61,496 bases of DNA from Candidatus Cloacimonadota bacterium. GTDB taxonomy: Bacteria; Cloacimonadota; Cloacimonadia; Cloacimonadales; WRIO01. The translations under genes and the position numbers were made by a program. Shown here in pieces: positions 57,214 through 61,496 of the stretch. Position 1 is the stretch's first letter. Every line of letters begins with the position of its first letter. The notes under the pieces are model-generated. The model was not told the origin of the DNA and did no database searches. It saw only the letters and a program-made list of their open reading frames with translations. The DNA lies in assembly GCA_009777575.1 (NCBI GenBank), contig WRLO01000010.1, forward strand, positions 1 to 61,496, in the 5' to 3' direction.

Positions 57214-59157
57214 TTATCTTATTTGTAAAGTATTTGTAGTGACTTTATCATCATTGTTTTTAAATACTGTTGTGAAAACAACACTACAGTTTATTTCATA
57301 ATTTGTTCTTTCCAAGTTTTCTATTGTTGATGCTCCAAATTTAATGCTCTCTATACCATATTCCCTCAGTCTAGCATTAGTAAATCTGTCAGGGTTTAAT
57401 ATTCGCATCCTACCTCCACCTAAAGCTTCTAATTCCACTCGTGGTAACCTGGCATTGGTACTGATTTTGAGAGTTCCTTTTTCACAAGCTCCTTTTCTGT
57501 CTGTAAACCTGAATTCAAATGGTCTTTTAGATGGTTTTTCTTTTGAGCCATCAATTTTTTCTATAATGTAGTTATTACCACTATATTTACTTGGAAATTT
57601 TTTTCGACTGACATTTCGTATTTTATTGATAAAAATAATCAGAATTACCAATAAAACGATAAACACTATTCCCCAGTTTTTTGCATAATCTCCTATACCC
57701 CATTCCCTTGAGACCCCAGTAATTCTTTTTTCGACATGATTTATCCCGAGAAATGATGCTGTAACTCTGATATCAAAGTCACCTGCCATAATATCAATAG
57801 AATCTCCTGAACGATGATTTGAAAAATCACCTTCTGGGTTTTTATAAGTTATAATGATATCAGCATCGCCTATCAGTGCGTATAAAGCATTTTCGGATAT
57901 TTCTATTTCAGTGTCTATTGGCACAAGTTTGACATCAAAGGAATATGTTCCATGAGGAAAATCATTTACTAAATCATCAAAATTTATTTCCCTATTGAAG
58001 AAAAGGTTATGATCTTGAGAAACCTTAATATCAAGCATTAATGCAGGTCTATAAAATATTTCAACATTTTCTGGTGAGCCCTCAATGTTTATCGTATATT
58101 CGCCAGCAGGTATATTTCGATAAGTAAGTAAAGAACCCAAAAGTGTTGGTCTTATGACATTGGTGGGACGTTCTAACCTTGGGGGACGTTGTCTATTTGC
58201 AGGGAAAAATTCTGGATTGTATCTCACCGTCACTGGAGCATCTATCCAATTTATTGTTTCTGAACCTCTAATCATGCTCTGTATTACAACATTTCTACCT
58301 TGGGCAAATACAACAAGTTCCTGCATTGGTATTTCTATGTCAAATTTGTATTGATTACCTTCCCTTGCAAAGCTAAGTGCATTTCTATTGAAAACCCTTT
58401 TGCCAAATTCGTTTACCTCACGCAATATTTCATCATCATTTTCTGCTTTATGAAAATATCTGTTCATGGCTTCACGAACTTCGGCAGCATAAGTTCCCAT
58501 AGCAAAATGTATTATTTTAATATCGGGATTATCGCTGACAAATCTTCTATATATTCTCTCGACATCAACTCTCCTATGTTCTTCTGTTTCATTAAAATTT
58601 AAACCAGCTATTTGGTTGAAATGTCCATCAGTAAAAACAATCAACCATCTTTGATCCGCTGATTGATTCAAAAGATCAGCATAAGCCATCAATACAGGAT
58701 CAAATGGAGTGCCTGCTGAATATGTAACTCTATTCCTAAATTGACCTATGCGAACAGCTGAATCTTCAGACCCTTGTATGAGCATGGGATCGCGACCTCT
58801 TCTATTTCCAGCTAACATGGATTCCAAAGTTGCTGAAACAGTTTCATTTATTTGGTCTTCTCGTATCAATCCATCGCGTGGTTGACCTGATACAAAAAAA
58901 TCTTCCATAAAATATATACGCAACAAGTCATCTTTTTCCATTTTAGAAATAAACACTTCCATTGCATATCTCGCATGTGCCCATCGTCCGTAATAACGAC
59001 CCGGTATTCTATCATTGAATATCATGCTCCCAGAGTCATCATATACAAGATGAATAACTCTACTCGGTTGGTTTGATACTTGTGTCTGTGCATTCAAACA
59101 CAAAGAAAATATGTTAAATACTAAAAACAAAAATAAAAATGAGACATTCTTTTTCAT
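57214..59157 (-). CDS. Secreted von Willebrand factor A (vWA) domain protein with a C-terminal TM anchor and a ~130-aa cytoplasmic tail.
   Basis: Signal peptide MKKNVSFLFLFLVFNIFSLCLNA. MIDAS VIHLVYDDSGSM. TM GIVFIVLLVILIIFI near the C-terminus. Confidence 0.75.
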   Translation of the reverse strand: MKKNVSFLFLFLVFNIFSLCLNAQTQVSNQPSRVIHLVYDDSGSMIFNDRIPGRYYGRWAHARYAMEVFISKMEKDDLLRIYFMEDFFVSGQPRDGLIREDQINETVSATLESMLAGNRRGRDPMLIQGSEDSAVRIGQFRNRVTYSAGTPFDPVLMAYADLLNQSADQRWLIVFTDGHFNQIAGLNFNETEEHRRVDVERIYRRFVSDNPDIKIIHFAMGTYAAEVREAMNRYFHKAENDDEILREVNEFGKRVFNRNALSFAREGNQYKFDIEIPMQELVVFAQGRNVVIQSMIRGSETINWIDAPVTVRYNPEFFPANRQRPPRLERPTNVIRPTLLGSLLTYRNIPAGEYTINIEGSPENVEIFYRPALMLDIKVSQDHNLFFNREINFDDLVNDFPHGTYSFDVKLVPIDTEIEISENALYALIGDADIIITYKNPEGDFSNHRSGDSIDIMAGDFDIRVTASFLGINHVEKRITGVSREWGIGDYAKNWGIVFIVLLVILIIFINKIRNVSRKKFPSKYSGNNYIIEKIDGSKEKPSKRPFEFRFTDRKGACEKGTLKISTNARLPRVELEALGGGRMRILNPDRFTNARLREYGIESIKFGASTIENLERTNYEINCSVVFTTVFKNNDDKVTTNTLQIR

Positions 59158-59197
59158 TCCTTTTTATCCTCCAGATAAAAGACATAATTTATTTTCA

Positions 59198-59596
59198 TCA
59201 ACAGATATCACTCCCAATGAATTGTTTTTCAAGGTCATCAGCAAAAGAAATTATTGTTAATATCAAACCCATCACTCTTTCAATTGAAATTTCTGATATG
59301 TTTAAGGTTTGCCTGAGATAGTGGTATTCATGAATTTTACTTTTAACCAAACCACCACAAACTACAGTACTGTTAATTTTTGCAAGCACTTGATTTATTT
59401 TGTTTTCTGGTAACATTCCTATATATGAATAGAATTGCACCCAGTGATTTCCGAAAGCATCTTGTACATTTTCAATGATAATTTGTTGTTTTCTATCTCC
59501 TGACGTGTTAAAACTTATTCTCACAATGTTTTCAGCAGGTTCAATAATATTCCATTGCTGTGATAATCTTTCTTTGACTTGAAGCCATGTTGCCAT
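59198..59596 (-). CDS. Small cytoplasmic protein, paralogue of the next gene (possible YbjN/T3SS-chaperone-like fold, low confidence).
   Basis: 132 aa beginning MATW..VKE.L.Q. Shares W(V/I)QFYS.IG..PE... and ADD/ADNxEK(E/Q)F motifs with the adjacent 150-aa ORF. Confidence 0.4.
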   Translation of the reverse strand: MATWLQVKERLSQQWNIIEPAENIVRISFNTSGDRKQQIIIENVQDAFGNHWVQFYSYIGMLPENKINQVLAKINSTVVCGGLVKSKIHEYHYLRQTLNISEISIERVMGLILTIISFADDLEKQFIGSDIC

Positions 59597-59625
59597 AATT
59601 CTCTCCTTTTTGTTTTATTATTATA

Positions 59626-60078
59626 TTATCTCTTATCTACACCAAGAAATTCTTTTTCAATATTATCTGCTAACATTCCAATTAATTGCATTTCAAATAA
59701 ATAATGTTCTGTTGAAATATCAGCAAGTGATACACTGTGTCTGATACAGTGTATTCCATTATCTAAAACTAATTCGCCAAAAATATTCTTCTCAGAAAGC
59801 AATTCAAGAACAGGATTAAGTAATTTTTCTGGAATCACTCCTATTGGCGAATAGAATTGTATCCAATTGTCATCATATTTCGTAGTAGAAAGGGTTTTCT
59901 GAAGATGAATAAAAACATCTTGTAATCTATTATTTGGTAATAGCAATCTGATTTGTAAAAGACTATCATTTTTAGCTACTGCGTTAAATTTTTGATGTAA
60001 AACATTTTTTACTTCATTCCATGTTGCCATGTTTTTTCCTCCGTATATTTTCTCATTCATCCCTAAAGAAATTACCAT
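59626..60078 (-). CDS. Small cytoplasmic protein, paralogue of the previous gene.
   Basis: 150 aa, MATWNEVKNVLHQKF.... 26-bp overlap with the upstream M48-like gene. Confidence 0.4.
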   Translation of the reverse strand: MVISLGMNEKIYGGKNMATWNEVKNVLHQKFNAVAKNDSLLQIRLLLPNNRLQDVFIHLQKTLSTTKYDDNWIQFYSPIGVIPEKLLNPVLELLSEKNIFGELVLDNGIHCIRHSVSLADISTEHYLFEMQLIGMLADNIEKEFLGVDKR

Positions 60079-61306
60079 CCAACTGGAATTTCGGTTTATT
60101 TCCTACGGGTTGAATATATCTACTCACATCGAGGATGATGTGTTTTATTCTATCTTCTTCTATGTGCAATCTTTCGGCTATTTCAAACAAGACTGCTTTT
60201 TCGTGTTCATCCAGTCTGCCATCTATGATTGCGAGAAAAGCCATCTGTTCGCATAGGTAATATTTAAAGTCATTTTTGGTTTGTGAATAGTGTTCACAGA
60301 TTGTATTTTTTCTTTCTATGACTTCTTGAAAATCTTTAAATCTCAGATACATTTCTGGTTGTGAAGTATATCTGGCTATATATTCGTATAAAATTTCCAT
60401 CTCGCCAGAATGAATAGACTTATCTGAGCCTGCTATATAGAGACCTACAGCTGCCAAAAATTCAACAGCGTTTTTTTGATCATCATTTCTTGGGTGGTAT
60501 TCAAGTAGGTTCAAAACTTCGTACATTTCTTTTTGTAAATCAGTCAAAAGCATTGGAGTATCTTGGCATTCACTATATAGCTCAGATTTTGAGAAGAGTT
60601 CAAGGCATTTCAATCTTACTAAATTATTTGGATGTGATGAATAAAATTCGTTGCGTGGCATGTCCTTAATCTTCTCAAGTTGTTTCATGTATTCCTTGAT
60701 ATTGAAGTTTAAATGTTCTTCTGATAAACCGCTGGCAAATTTGAAAAAAACTTTGCCTATAATTTCCAGATTTGGTTGAGCAAGGAAGCCCATCCTGTCA
60801 GAGCTTATCTCTGCATATTTGCTCCATCTAGCAAAGGTATTGATTATTTGTGCTGGAATTTTCTTTGATTCTGAATTTGACAAAAGAAATCTGACAACAT
60901 TTAACTGACTATGCATAAAGATCAAATGCCCTATCTCATGCCCTATAACAAAGGTTAGTTCTTCATTGGTAAATTTTTCGACCAATGCTGAAGTAAAACA
61001 AATCATATGCGGAACATATCCGAAACCATTGATCGAATAAGCATTGAAATTGACAGAAGAAGTGATATAGAAATCAATGTCTTCTTTAAAATGCAAAACT
61101 TCTTTTACTTTGTTACAAATCTCATAAAGTCTGGGTGCTATTACATGGTTTAGCTTCACTCCATTTGCTAGTAAAGAATTTACCACATTTTTCAAACCTT
61201 CCTCATTGTCAAAAATGTCATAATATGTCCTGAAAGCAAAATCTTCTTCTAAAACTTTCACTAAAACAGTCTCTTCCTCAAAACGGTATTTTGTGTAATC
61301 AATCAT
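60053..61306 (-). CDS. Soluble M48-like zinc metallopeptidase (HExxH) with a C-terminal helical (TerB-like?) extension.
   Basis: FVIGHEIGHLIFMHS. 417 aa with no TM helices. RBS CAGAGG upstream of the ATG at 61306. Confidence 0.55.
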   Translation of the reverse strand: MIDYTKYRFEEETVLVKVLEEDFAFRTYYDIFDNEEGLKNVVNSLLANGVKLNHVIAPRLYEICNKVKEVLHFKEDIDFYITSSVNFNAYSINGFGYVPHMICFTSALVEKFTNEELTFVIGHEIGHLIFMHSQLNVVRFLLSNSESKKIPAQIINTFARWSKYAEISSDRMGFLAQPNLEIIGKVFFKFASGLSEEHLNFNIKEYMKQLEKIKDMPRNEFYSSHPNNLVRLKCLELFSKSELYSECQDTPMLLTDLQKEMYEVLNLLEYHPRNDDQKNAVEFLAAVGLYIAGSDKSIHSGEMEILYEYIARYTSQPEMYLRFKDFQEVIERKNTICEHYSQTKNDFKYYLCEQMAFLAIIDGRLDEHEKAVLFEIAERLHIEEDRIKHIILDVSRYIQPVGNKPKFQLDGNFFRDE

Positions 61307-61338
61307 TTTTTACCTCTGGATATTTTTTGCATAAAAAA

Positions 61339-61386
61339 AAGACATCTCTTTTGCGAGAGTCTAATTTTCTCACAAAAGAGATGTCT
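61339..61386 (-). terminator. Strong hairpin (15-bp perfect, ~25-bp extended stem) followed on the minus strand by T8. Intrinsic terminator or attenuator ~25 bp upstream of the M48 gene start.
   Basis: AAGACATCTCTTTTG ... CAAAAGAGATGTCTT. The minus-strand reading gives the hairpin and then TTTTTTTTATGC. Confidence 0.5.
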
Positions 61387-61433
61387 TGGTTTAAGTAGTA
61401 TGGGTTTTTGCTTAATTTTAGCGGAAAAAAATC

Positions 61434-61455
61434 GGGGGGGGGGGGGGGGGGGGGG
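61434..61455. repeat. 22-nt poly-G homopolymer followed by an AGACGTCT palindrome and T8/A10 runs at the window edge.
   Basis: Direct reading of the sequence. It could be an assembly or sequencing artefact, or a genuine slippage-prone tract. Confidence 0.85.
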
Positions 61456-61496
61456 AGACGTCTTTTTTTTAAAGAAAAAAAAAATATTCTTTGTCT

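Overview
This is a 61.5 kb, AT-rich (about 30% GC) bacterial window that is densely coded. I saw no rRNA, tRNA or CRISPR. The left third holds housekeeping and metabolic genes. The right two thirds form an almost uninterrupted minus-strand run of accessory genes.

Housekeeping and metabolic genes (left third):
- tldD/pmbA protease pair.
- A chemoreceptor with CheW.
- Lysine 5,6-aminomutase kamD and kamE.
- mazG, an MtnA-like isomerase and a DUF362 Fe-S protein.
- kamD and kamE are separated by a 5.7 kb insertion. It contains an EcoRI-methylase-like MTase coupled to a DUF262-HNH nuclease, decayed HEPN/MNT toxin-antitoxin remnants, and a second putative type II R-M pair.

Most unusual items (right two thirds):
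1. A six-gene TIR-led operon combining an agmatine-deiminase-family enzyme, a SpeH/AdoMetDC-like protein whose self-processing serine is replaced by Gly, a deviant ParA-like ATPase and two large unknowns.
2. A five-gene operon with a 1159-aa tubulin/FtsZ-like GTPase, a secreted vWA protein, a 1781-aa multi-TM protein with duplicated Zn-ribbon/HExxH modules, a TM protein and an SGNH hydrolase. This resembles the computationally described FtsZ-like-1 (FtsZl1) membrane-remodelling clusters.
3. A TIR-LRR / DUF4062-TPR / DUF4062 trio.
4. A HerA-like ATPase pair.
5. A Schlafen/AlbA_2 regulator with in-frame 12-bp repeats.

The intergenic regions between 21.3 and 30 kb, and the kamD leader, carry a mosaic family of highly structured, inverted-repeat-flanked repeat elements. 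These include a hairpin with a compensatory base-pair change, a 105-bp tandem duplication, and CACAGAG direct-repeat arrays 5' of several genes.

All functional calls rest on motif recognition from the translated ORFs and on my memory of protein families. None was confirmed by a database search.
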